Shown here in pieces: positions 37,954-46,982 of a DNA stretch of 64,000 nt (the stretch's first letter is position 1; each line of letters starts with the position of its first letter). A program made the position numbers and the translations under genes. Under the pieces are notes generated by a model. The model was not told the DNA's origin. It did not search any database and saw only the letters and a program-made list of their open reading frames with translations. Origin of the DNA: an uncultured Patescibacteria group bacterium (GTDB lineage: Bacteria; Patescibacteriota; Microgenomatia; UBA10105; UBA927); contig CAKZSU010000003.1 of NCBI GenBank assembly GCA_937921305.1, positions 38,831 to 102,830 of the forward strand, read 5' to 3'.

Positions 37954-38655
37954 ATGGAAGACATTAACACAAAAATTATCGCCACGATTGGTCCCGCAAC
38001 ACTTAACTTCAACATCTTTCAAGAACTTGTAATCGCTGGCATTGATTATATTCGTATCAATACAGCCTATGGAGATACCACCCAATACGATCTTATTTTA
38101 GAAAACAGACGAAAGCTTCCTAATCATCGACATATCCCGGTAGTATTTGATATTAAACATGAAGATATTATGGATTATTTTGTTGAAAAACAACTCGAGG
38201 TTGTCGCATTATCATTTACGGAACGAGCGGCACAAATTGAACGGATACGGCAAAAAGCGCCTCATGCATTTGTGATCGCGAAAATTGAATCAAAAGAAGG
38301 CGTTAAGCATTTTGACGAAATTCTTGAATCAGCAGATGGCATTATGGTCGCAAGAGGCGATCTCGGAAAAGCGGAGTCATTGGAAAAAGTGCCACCGCTG
38401 CAAAAGACATTCACTAGAAAAACGTTGGAAAAAGGGAAATTTTTAGTGACAGCCACAGAAATGCTTCTCTCCATGACAAAAAATCCTCAACCAACACACG
38501 CGGAAGTCTCTGATGTGGCGAATGCGGTGTTTGACGGCACATCAGCGGTGATGCTTTCAGAAGAAACAGCAATTGGAAAATATCCTGTTGAAACAGTCTA
38601 TTTTATGAGACGAATCATCGAAGAAGCGGAACGGTGGAAAAAGATAGATTATTGA
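37954..38655 (+). CDS. Pyruvate-kinase-like protein that keeps only the catalytic TIM-barrel (A) domain. The B/lid and C-terminal domains are absent.
   Basis: 233 aa. Carries pyruvate-kinase catalytic motifs: TKIIATIGP, IAKIESKEGVKHFDEILESADGIMVARGDLG, TATEMLLSM, and PTHAEVSDVANAVFDGTSAVMLSEETA. Confidence 0.6.
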   Translation: MEDINTKIIATIGPATLNFNIFQELVIAGIDYIRINTAYGDTTQYDLILENRRKLPNHRHIPVVFDIKHEDIMDYFVEKQLEVVALSFTERAAQIERIRQKAPHAFVIAKIESKEGVKHFDEILESADGIMVARGDLGKAESLEKVPPLQKTFTRKTLEKGKFLVTATEMLLSMTKNPQPTHAEVSDVANAVFDGTSAVMLSEETAIGKYPVETVYFMRRIIEEAERWKKIDY

Positions 38656-38726
38656 TAAAAATAACATTTATTGAATTCTTTCTTTGTGTTATTCAAGAAT
38701 TTTTCTTCAATAAGAAGAAAACGTTT

Positions 38727-39815
38727 TTATTTACAAAACGCAGCGACATCTCCGTGATATACTAAACGCATTGTTGTTAATTGACACAATGGTGATGAAA
38801 ATTGTTCGCGAAAAGCGATTGTAGCTAATCGCGATTCTAAAAGACTCTTGAAAAAACCTTTATTTGGAGATTCTTCAACAATAGAGAATGCATCTTCGGA
38901 GATATTCGCTCGTTTTGCTAACTCCTTATACGCATCTTCTTTATTCATCACTGCGTCGATGAGATTTTTTTCTTTGCTCATCTTCGTGTCATACACAAGC
39001 GCGCCAATCGAATCTCGCAACGTTCCTTTGTTTATGTTTCTTCGAGACGACACATACTCGAGGAATCCATCATATTCATTGTTTACCATTGTTTGCATTG
39101 TTGCCAGTTCTTCTTTTGTAAGCTTTCTAAATGGATTTCCTAAATCTTTATATTTTCCTGCGGTTATAAACGTCGTTTCTATGCCATTTTGAGTTACTAC
39201 GCCTCCATCTAATATTCCGCCATCTTGCGCAATAACTTTGTCATAGAATTGATACGGACCAGAAATTACTCCAATGCTTCCTATACTCGTTCCTGCGTCT
39301 GCAAACACGCTATCTCCCGAAACAGCGACCCAATATCCACCAGACGCCGCAATACCTGAAATAAAAGAGATTACGGGTTTTCCAGATATTCGCTTATATT
39401 CCGCCACCCCATCCGCAATCGCTTTCGCTCCATAGATTGTTCCTCCAGGAGAGTTTATCGAAAGAACAACGCCATGAATGTCTTTGTTTTGAGCAAGCTC
39501 TCGAAGTTTCTTTTTTACATCATAGCCATAGGCAAGCGAATCGCTCATCAATCCAAATGGATCAGAAATATCCGATGTATCGCCAACAATCACGCCGTGA
39601 ATAGGAATTGACGCAAATTTATATGGAGCGTCTTCCTTTCCATATAAAACTTTTCTGCTCCCTTGTGCACTTTCCAAAGATGACGCAGCTTGCCCCAAAA
39701 TGATTCCAAAAATAACAAAGAATACGATTATTGATCCTCCAAGTGTTATGCTGACAATGATCGTTGCAAGAAATACTTTAAGAGAAAATGTAACAAAACG
39801 TTTGAAGATACCCAT
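38727..39815 (-). CDS. sppA: Signal peptide peptidase SppA (S49 family, 36K type)
   Basis: N-terminal TM segment and an S49 ClpP-like fold with GVVLSINSPGG and ASGGYW motifs. Confidence 0.8.
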   Translation of the reverse strand: MGIFKRFVTFSLKVFLATIIVSITLGGSIIVFFVIFGIILGQAASSLESAQGSRKVLYGKEDAPYKFASIPIHGVIVGDTSDISDPFGLMSDSLAYGYDVKKKLRELAQNKDIHGVVLSINSPGGTIYGAKAIADGVAEYKRISGKPVISFISGIAASGGYWVAVSGDSVFADAGTSIGSIGVISGPYQFYDKVIAQDGGILDGGVVTQNGIETTFITAGKYKDLGNPFRKLTKEELATMQTMVNNEYDGFLEYVSSRRNINKGTLRDSIGALVYDTKMSKEKNLIDAVMNKEDAYKELAKRANISEDAFSIVEESPNKGFFKSLLESRLATIAFREQFSSPLCQLTTMRLVYHGDVAAFCK

Positions 39816-39848
39816 GAAATTAAGTCTATCACTCTTTTGTTACAATAG

Positions 39849-42800
39849 TCAAACGTGTTGAGGTTTCATCCATTGATAGTACACAACAGGAATAAATAGC
39901 AACATAATTGTTGACGCGATCAATAATCCTGAAATAATCGATCCTCCCAAGCCACGCCAAAGTGGATCTGACAATGTAATTGGAATCAAACCAAGCACTG
40001 TGGTTAATTTTGTAAGCAATATTGGCTCCAATCTGCTTTCTCCGGCATCGACAATAGATTCTTCAAACGACATCCCTTCATTTTGATTTAGATTAATTTT
40101 ATCTACGATAAACATTGAATTTTTCACAATAATTCCGAAAAGCGACAAAATGCCAATCAACGCTGGAAACGATAACGGCGTTCCGGTAAGCGCGAAGGCA
40201 TAAAAGATCGAAGAAACAGCAAGCGGAATAACTAATAAAACAATAATCGCCTGTCGAAACGATCCAAATTGAATCACCATTGTAACCAGAATAAGAATAA
40301 ACGCGATTCCCATCGCTTGCAAAATCGATCGTACCGACCGAGCGTTTTCTTCATTCACTCCTCCTGTTCTCCATGAATATCCAGAAGGAAGATTGAGTTT
40401 GTTTGCGTATGATTCAAATGATCTATTGATGGTGCTCACAGAATATCCAGGCAACACATCGGCAGTAACTATGATCGTTCGTTTTCCATTTTCTCGTGTT
40501 ATTTTTGTTGGATTTGTTTGCAATTCAAGTGATCCTAATGACAATAACGGAATTGCTCCTCGTTGCGTTGGTATAGAAAGTTTTCCTAATGATTCAGCGT
40601 CTGGAGATTCACTATTAAAAGAAAAACGAATTGGTATTTTATCGCTTCCATCTTTTTCAAAATTCACTTCTCCTAAAGAAAATCCAGATCCATATAGTCG
40701 CGTCCAGAATCCTATTGTTTCCATAGAAAGACCAGCGCGAGCAACTAAATCGAGATTTGGCGTAAAGACAAGAGCGCTTGTTCCCTCTTGAATTGATATT
40801 TTTGGATTAACAACACCAGGGGTATTTTTTAGATAGTCAACAAGTTTATCTCCATATAAAGAGAGTGTGGATAAATCATCTCCGCTAATCGTCATTTGAA
40901 GATCAGAGCCAGCAGGAGGACCGCCAGAAACTTCCACTACCGATATTGCTTGGTTGTCTGCAAATTCTGTTCTTAACTTTTCAGAAAGATTTATGCTTGA
41001 AAATTTCTTTTCATCAATTCGTAATGTGAATAACGCGACATTTGTTTCTTCCGCGTCTTGATTTCCACCCCCCACAGGGGCTCGTTTGCCGAGTTCTGCA
41101 GTGACAAATTCAGCTTCTGGCGTCTCCTTGATACGCTGAAATATCGTCAGCATTTCTCTATATGTTTGTTCCAATGTTGTTCCTTGAGGAAGAGAAAGCT
41201 CAATATACACTCTATCTGTGTCTGTCTTTGGAAAGAATTCATTGTTCACAAACCCAAGAGGAAGCAGTAAAAATCCTATAAACGCATATGAAATAATCGC
41301 AATCACAACGCGTCTCCTATTGTGCTTTGAAGAAATAACTCGAGCAAGTACTCGCCTATACCATGACGATAAACGAGATAAAGAAATAAAGCTTTTGTTA
41401 GTAGATGTTTTGATACGCGAGACAATCGTTGAAATCATTGGAATGCGATTGTATCGCTTTTTTCTTATAGACAGAACAATACGATAGATAATAAAAATCC
41501 ATATACAGTAGAGACCTGCAATGAAAAGAAATAACGCATTTTCTCGGAATAACGCGAAGAGGATTCCCAAAAGAACTACAAGACCAATAATTTTTCCAAG
41601 AATAATGACTCTTTGTGGAATATTTGGTTTCAGAATTACCATCATTATAGGAAGCGTTACTAATACAGCAATCGTTGTTGACGAAATCATGGTAATCGTT
41701 ACCACAACAGGAATTGGTTTAATAAATTCTCCAATGATTCCTGTCGCAAGAAGCAAAGGAACAAACGACCAGATTGTTGTTATTGTTGTTGACCAAATCG
41801 GCACAATTGTGTCTCTCCACACAAGCAAACCAGTTTCCAGCGGGGTAAATTTTCTTGTTCGATAATATGCGGTCATAGTTGAAATAATCACGATGGTGTC
41901 ATCGACAAGGAGTCCAAGTGTGAGAAGAAGCGCGAAAAGCGTAAGAAAATTTATTGACATACCAAGATATTGCATAAACGCAAACGCAGAAAGAAATGTA
42001 AGAGGAATCGTGAATGACGCAATCATAGCTTGTCGAATACCAAGAAACACAAGCAATGAACCAAATAATAAAAGAAGCGTGCTGCGAAATTCTCGAAGTA
42101 AATCATTGAACTGCTCTGAAATCTGATCAGCGGTATTCACGATTGTTTTTACTTGAAACCTTATTCCGTAAGCGTTTATTTCTTTATCGACGATATCTTT
42201 TCCTCGTTTCGCTGCGTCAGTAATCGTAGCATTTCTTGTTTTAAAAATGCTTAATATTATCGCTTCTCTTCCTTCTTCTCCTTTTCTTCCAATATACGCG
42301 ACGCGTTGTTTTGGTTTGCTTCGTTCTGAAACAATCGCAATATCTCCGAGCGATACAAAAGAACCTTGAATAGAAAGCCGTATATTCCGAATATCATTAA
42401 GCGACTGTATTGTTGGTTGAATAGTGAATGAAAACGCGTGCTTTGTTGTTTCTATTGTTCCTGAAGGATAAGAAGCAATACCGCTTCTGATCGCTTGCGC
42501 AACAATCAACGGATTAAATCCAAGCTCGGCAACTTTTTCTTGATTCATTTCAACAATAATTTCTCGTTCTTCAAGACCAACCATGGTCACTCTGTCAATT
42601 TTTGGATCGTCTTCCAGTTTTTTTTGCAATGCTTTGGCGAACAATTGAAGCGATCCGATGTCTTCTGTTGTTGAAATTGCCACTTGCCAAATTGGCGTGT
42701 TTTCAAAGTCAAGCGCGGTAACAACAGGATCCCTCGCGTCTGAAGGCAAAGACACGGTTTCAACTTGCGATTGCACTTGATCTTTCGCTCTCTCTCTGTC

Positions 42801-43148
42801 GGTTCCAGAAACAAATTGCACAGAGATAGCCGAAATATTATCCCGAGAAGTTGATTGAATTCTGTCAATACCAGCTAATGACTGAATGGCGTTTTCTAGA
42901 GGAATAGTCACAAGGGATTCAACATCTTCTGGGCCAGCGCCGGGAAGAACAGTCACCACCGTAACAATTGGTATATTTACTTCTGGATTTAATCGACGAG
43001 GAAGATTAAGAAAACTTACAACACCAAGAAACACGATGCTTACAACAAGAAGAATCGTCAAACGAATATTTTTGAGATACGATGCGACTGGTCCTTTTAG
43101 AAGATTTGGATCAAATGTTAAACGAGAAAGATAGGATTGTTCCATCAA
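39849..43148 (-). CDS. RND family efflux transporter permease (AcrB-like, HAE-type)
   Basis: 1099 aa with 12 TM helices, two large periplasmic loops, and an AcrB-like N-terminus. Confidence 0.85.
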   Translation of the reverse strand: MMEQSYLSRLTFDPNLLKGPVASYLKNIRLTILLVVSIVFLGVVSFLNLPRRLNPEVNIPIVTVVTVLPGAGPEDVESLVTIPLENAIQSLAGIDRIQSTSRDNISAISVQFVSGTDRERAKDQVQSQVETVSLPSDARDPVVTALDFENTPIWQVAISTTEDIGSLQLFAKALQKKLEDDPKIDRVTMVGLEEREIIVEMNQEKVAELGFNPLIVAQAIRSGIASYPSGTIETTKHAFSFTIQPTIQSLNDIRNIRLSIQGSFVSLGDIAIVSERSKPKQRVAYIGRKGEEGREAIILSIFKTRNATITDAAKRGKDIVDKEINAYGIRFQVKTIVNTADQISEQFNDLLREFRSTLLLLFGSLLVFLGIRQAMIASFTIPLTFLSAFAFMQYLGMSINFLTLFALLLTLGLLVDDTIVIISTMTAYYRTRKFTPLETGLLVWRDTIVPIWSTTITTIWSFVPLLLATGIIGEFIKPIPVVVTITMISSTTIAVLVTLPIMMVILKPNIPQRVIILGKIIGLVVLLGILFALFRENALFLFIAGLYCIWIFIIYRIVLSIRKKRYNRIPMISTIVSRIKTSTNKSFISLSRLSSWYRRVLARVISSKHNRRRVVIAIISYAFIGFLLLPLGFVNNEFFPKTDTDRVYIELSLPQGTTLEQTYREMLTIFQRIKETPEAEFVTAELGKRAPVGGGNQDAEETNVALFTLRIDEKKFSSINLSEKLRTEFADNQAISVVEVSGGPPAGSDLQMTISGDDLSTLSLYGDKLVDYLKNTPGVVNPKISIQEGTSALVFTPNLDLVARAGLSMETIGFWTRLYGSGFSLGEVNFEKDGSDKIPIRFSFNSESPDAESLGKLSIPTQRGAIPLLSLGSLELQTNPTKITRENGKRTIIVTADVLPGYSVSTINRSFESYANKLNLPSGYSWRTGGVNEENARSVRSILQAMGIAFILILVTMVIQFGSFRQAIIVLLVIPLAVSSIFYAFALTGTPLSFPALIGILSLFGIIVKNSMFIVDKINLNQNEGMSFEESIVDAGESRLEPILLTKLTTVLGLIPITLSDPLWRGLGGSIISGLLIASTIMLLFIPVVYYQWMKPQHV

Positions 43149-44599
43149 AACCTCACTTCATCGCCGGCAATCACATTTCTCGTCACAATAATCTGATCTT
43201 CCGCGTTAATTCCCTTCACTATCTCGACAAACGATCCAAATACCTGTCCAAGCGTCACAACTCGTCCGCTTGCAGTCCATTGTCCTTCTGTTGACTGTGT
43301 TGCAACATAAACAATAGAGGATCGTTGCGTCTGAAACACTGCATCAATTGGAATATACGGAATGGATGATAACGATCGAGGATTTCCCACAGGGATATGC
43401 ACTGATACAATCTCATCTTCTCCAAGTTTATCGGTAAATTCCTGAGGAATATCAAACAATACCGCATAAAGCGTCCCATCTGTCGGTTCTTGAGAGATAT
43501 ATCGAGGCAATAAAGAAATGGATTGATCTTTTCTCGTTATCACGCTTTGCTCAAAGCGAGAGATATGTTCAACAACATCTTTCGGAACTAGCACAACAAG
43601 ATTTGTGGCGTTAGTATCGCATCGAATACTCGCCAACGGTTGACCGGGATTAACCACTGTTCCAAATTGCGGATAGATTCTATCGATGACTCCATTACAT
43701 GGAGAAGCGGGAAACATCAATGATTCTGTGATTTGTGCAATAAGAAGATTTAATCGTGCTATTTCTTTTCCTGACTCCAATGCTTTTTCTTCAATTTCCA
43801 ATTGTTTCAACGCGACTTCTCTCGCTAAATCAGATAATCGAGCTTGAGGATTGCCCTCCCCAGAGGTGTATTCGGCGTTTCGAAGCGATGTTTCAAGACC
43901 GTTTAATCCGGATAGTACGCCTGCTTTTGCTTGTTTTGCTTGAAGAATCAACGCATTATTTGATCCGCCGACATTGGTATCTTCAAGTGTTTTAATATTA
44001 TCGTTGATCGTTGCAAGAATTTCTCGGTTAAGATTGATAAGCTGTTTTGTGTTCTGAATTGAATCATTCGTAATTCTTCTCATGTCGTCAGCCATCGCGT
44101 CGTTTTTCTCAGCTATTTCTCTTCGTTTTGCAATAAGTTCTTTTTGAATTGGATAATGTTCCTCTGTCAATGTTTTGTTTCGTTGAGCGATTTGTCTACT
44201 TAATGATGGGGTTGTGCCGCCTTGATAATTTGTTGAAAGATGTAGCAATATAGTTCCGCGCGACACACGAGCTCCCTCTGCTCTGTGAATTGTCTGCACC
44301 ACGCCAGCGGATTGCGCGACAATTTTTACTACGCCGCTTTTTTCAACTCGTCCCGAAAATGATATCTTTGGCGATGTCCCAATGCTAAAAATTTCAACAT
44401 TTTTTACAATGTTTTTCTCTTCTTTCTTTTCTTGCCTTGGTTTTCTTAGTGTGTTTCCTATCGCGATAACGCCAACAAGAAGAGTGAGGACAACAAAAAA
44501 ACTTATAAGCGGGTACGAATCAATAAAGCGAAGCGCTTTCTTTTTTAGCGACTTTACAAATATATGAATTGATATAAGAGTCTTTTTTATGGTATCCAT
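43145..44599 (-). CDS. RND efflux periplasmic adaptor (membrane fusion protein, HlyD-like)
   Basis: 484 aa. N-terminal TM anchor, a long coiled-coil hairpin region, and C-terminal beta domains. Its stop overlaps the RND permease start by 4 nt. Confidence 0.6.
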   Translation of the reverse strand: MDTIKKTLISIHIFVKSLKKKALRFIDSYPLISFFVVLTLLVGVIAIGNTLRKPRQEKKEEKNIVKNVEIFSIGTSPKISFSGRVEKSGVVKIVAQSAGVVQTIHRAEGARVSRGTILLHLSTNYQGGTTPSLSRQIAQRNKTLTEEHYPIQKELIAKRREIAEKNDAMADDMRRITNDSIQNTKQLINLNREILATINDNIKTLEDTNVGGSNNALILQAKQAKAGVLSGLNGLETSLRNAEYTSGEGNPQARLSDLAREVALKQLEIEEKALESGKEIARLNLLIAQITESLMFPASPCNGVIDRIYPQFGTVVNPGQPLASIRCDTNATNLVVLVPKDVVEHISRFEQSVITRKDQSISLLPRYISQEPTDGTLYAVLFDIPQEFTDKLGEDEIVSVHIPVGNPRSLSSIPYIPIDAVFQTQRSSIVYVATQSTEGQWTASGRVVTLGQVFGSFVEIVKGINAEDQIIVTRNVIAGDEVRF

Positions 44600-44638
44600 A
44601 GTGATTGGGACGGTAATTATATCAAATCCTATAAAATT

Positions 44639-44657
44639 TTTCTAGAATATACTAGAA
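44639..44657. promoter_or_regulatory. Inverted repeat TTCTAG-N6-CTAGAA upstream of the divergent MFP/RND operon. Candidate operator.
   Basis: Perfect 6-bp arms seen directly in the intergenic region. A third CTAG half-site lies about 15 nt downstream. Confidence 0.25.
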
Positions 44658-44729
44658 ACTTTCTAAAAACTAGCGATACGGTATTCATACTCTTGATTTC
44701 TTGCAAAAGTTTTGTCATAGTGTCAAAAT

Positions 44730-45185
44730 ATGGAAGATCAAACACAAGTTACACAACACCAATCATCCCAACAAACACAGGATGATCAACCAAATACCGA
44801 GGTATCTCTCTTGTTGAATTTAGAATCGCTGATCAAATCGCATATTTCCGGACTTCAACAACGAAAAGAGGAGTTAAAACAATTAAAAGAGATGATGCAG
44901 TCCGCATTTCAGAACGATTCTTTGTATCAAGAAGCGGAATTGGCGGTAAAAGAAGCGAATAAGAAAAAGCGCGACGCGAAAGCCAGACTCATGAAGCTCG
45001 CGGAAGTTCGATCGGTTCAAGACAAAGCAAACGATATTGCTGCTGAGATCAAAGAAATGGATGCGGCACTCTCAGATTATCTTCGGGAATATCAACGACT
45101 TTCCGGTTCTAATGAAATTGTCGATGATCAAGGCAACGTGCATGAAATCACCTATATCGCCAAGCTGATAAAAAAGGGAAGATAA
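44730..45185 (+). CDS. Hypothetical coiled-coil protein, 151 aa, with a glutamine-rich N-terminus
   Basis: ORF lying 16 nt upstream of the CofE-like gene. No recognisable family. Confidence 0.4.
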   Translation: MEDQTQVTQHQSSQQTQDDQPNTEVSLLLNLESLIKSHISGLQQRKEELKQLKEMMQSAFQNDSLYQEAELAVKEANKKKRDAKARLMKLAEVRSVQDKANDIAAEIKEMDAALSDYLREYQRLSGSNEIVDDQGNVHEITYIAKLIKKGR

Positions 45186-45200
45186 AGTATACTAAAGCTC

Positions 45201-45944
45201 ATGCGCGTTACTTCTCTTAAAACATCTCCTGTAATGCATCAAGGCGATATCTTCGCATTTCTCGATGAATGGATTCACGCGTTGGAAGAGCGAACAATTG
45301 TCGTTATCACCTCAAAAGTTGTGAGTATTTTAGAAGGCAATGTCAGAGAAAAAACGATCTCAAAAGAGGATCTCATCAAACAAGAAGCGGGATATTACAT
45401 CGAAGATGAATGGCTGTGGAAATACTACCGATTATTTATCACAAGAAAAAACGATATCATTATTGCAAACGCCGGCATCGACGAATCAAACGCAAACGAT
45501 CGGTATGTGTTGTGGCCAAAAAATCCGTTTGAAACAGCGGAACGCGTATGGAGACATCTAAAAACGAAACACACTCTATCTTCGTTGGGCGTTATTATTT
45601 CCGATAGTAGAATCACGCCGTTGCGGTGGGGAACGATTGGAATAGGCATTGCGTGGTGCGGATTCCAGCCTCTCAATGATTATCGAGGAGCGCCAGATAT
45701 TTTCGGCAGATCTCTTCGCGTCACAAAAGCGGGGATCTTGGATGGATTAGCCGCTTCCGCCGTCCTTGTTATGGGAGAAGGAAAAGAACAAACGCCAATT
45801 GCGATGATTACCGATGTTCCATTTGTTACATTCGTCGATCATCCGCCGACCGAAGAAGAACAACAATCGATGCGAATTGATGTAAAAGATGATATTTACG
45901 CGCCTCTTATGACAGCAGCGCCATGGCAAAAAGGTGGCAAATAA
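45201..45944 (+). CDS. CofE-like protein (F420-0:gamma-glutamyl ligase family)
   Basis: Block-wise similarity to CofE: NAGIDESNAN (NAGIDASNVE in CofE), LGVIISDSRITPLRWGTIGIGIAW (VGVIITDTNGRCFRRGVVGFAIG), DIFGRSLRVT (DLYGRELEVT), and VLVMGEGKEQTPIAMI (NLLMGEGGDGIPAVVV). Confidence 0.6.
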   Translation: MRVTSLKTSPVMHQGDIFAFLDEWIHALEERTIVVITSKVVSILEGNVREKTISKEDLIKQEAGYYIEDEWLWKYYRLFITRKNDIIIANAGIDESNANDRYVLWPKNPFETAERVWRHLKTKHTLSSLGVIISDSRITPLRWGTIGIGIAWCGFQPLNDYRGAPDIFGRSLRVTKAGILDGLAASAVLVMGEGKEQTPIAMITDVPFVTFVDHPPTEEEQQSMRIDVKDDIYAPLMTAAPWQKGGK

Positions 45945-45956
45945 CTCAGGGGAGAT

Positions 45957-46718
45957 ATGAATATTCTTTCTTTGATTGTAGGCGTTATTCTTAACCTCTT
46001 TGGTGGAGTTTCCTCTCCTGAAAGAATGCAGCAACATCAGAAACCAACCCCATCTCAGAAACAACAAAAAACTATAACGTATAACAACACATCATATGGC
46101 TATTCGATGCTCGGTCCTATTCCAAGAACATCAATCACGCTTTATAGCAATTTGCCGGTAAAAAAAACAGGAAAAGAAATACAGGAAATATATCAATGTA
46201 AATATCTTATAAATGGAGGATTTTATACAAAAGAGAATACCCACTTAGGACTGCTTGTAACGGAAGAAGGAACAAAAAGTCAACGAATAAAACACTCGCT
46301 ATTTCATGGATTTTTTTTCAAAACAAACGATGGATCAATACATATTGATCGCATGATTCCAGAAAAACCATTAGGATTTGCGCTTCAATCCGGTCCATTG
46401 CTGATTGTTAAAGGAGAACCGGTAATATTAAAGATTATTCAAGATGAACAAGCAAGACGGATCGCTGTTGGTCTTGATGAGTTTTCCAATGTGTATTTTT
46501 TTGCATTTTATGACACAAACAATCCGTTTCACGGACCATTTCTTGCGGATATGCCAGAAATTCTTCAAAAAACTGGAGAAGCGGAGGGGATCGCAATTCA
46601 GAACGCGATAAATCTTGACGGTGGAAGTCATTCGGCATTTTATGGATCAGATATAACGCTTACCGAACTTTCGCCGATTGGAAGTTTCTTTTGTATCAAA
46701 AGTAGAATCGATCGGTAA
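45957..46718 (+). CDS. Phosphodiester glycosidase family protein (NAGPA-like domain) with an N-terminal TM/signal segment
   Basis: YLINGGFY motif and AINLDGGSHSAF motif, both typical of the phosphodiester glycosidase domain. Confidence 0.65.
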   Translation: MNILSLIVGVILNLFGGVSSPERMQQHQKPTPSQKQQKTITYNNTSYGYSMLGPIPRTSITLYSNLPVKKTGKEIQEIYQCKYLINGGFYTKENTHLGLLVTEEGTKSQRIKHSLFHGFFFKTNDGSIHIDRMIPEKPLGFALQSGPLLIVKGEPVILKIIQDEQARRIAVGLDEFSNVYFFAFYDTNNPFHGPFLADMPEILQKTGEAEGIAIQNAINLDGGSHSAFYGSDITLTELSPIGSFFCIKSRIDR

Positions 46719-46982
46719 TTGTTGTATCTCATTTCGTTACCAGAAGAATCGCTTTGACTCTGAGAGAGGGTATTTCTTATTCCATAGGAAAAGTTCGAAT
46801 TGCCGCCGTTTCTTCGGATCTATTGTATCACGAATCTTTGACCAGTATCGTTTCAATTCTTCGAGAGAAATTTTTTCTCGACCCATACATGATAATTTCT
46901 ACAATTTCCCAGATTCGTTTTTCCGTTTCATCATTAAATTTGTTTACTCAGTATTCCAATTTTTCATATATCACAATTCTTC

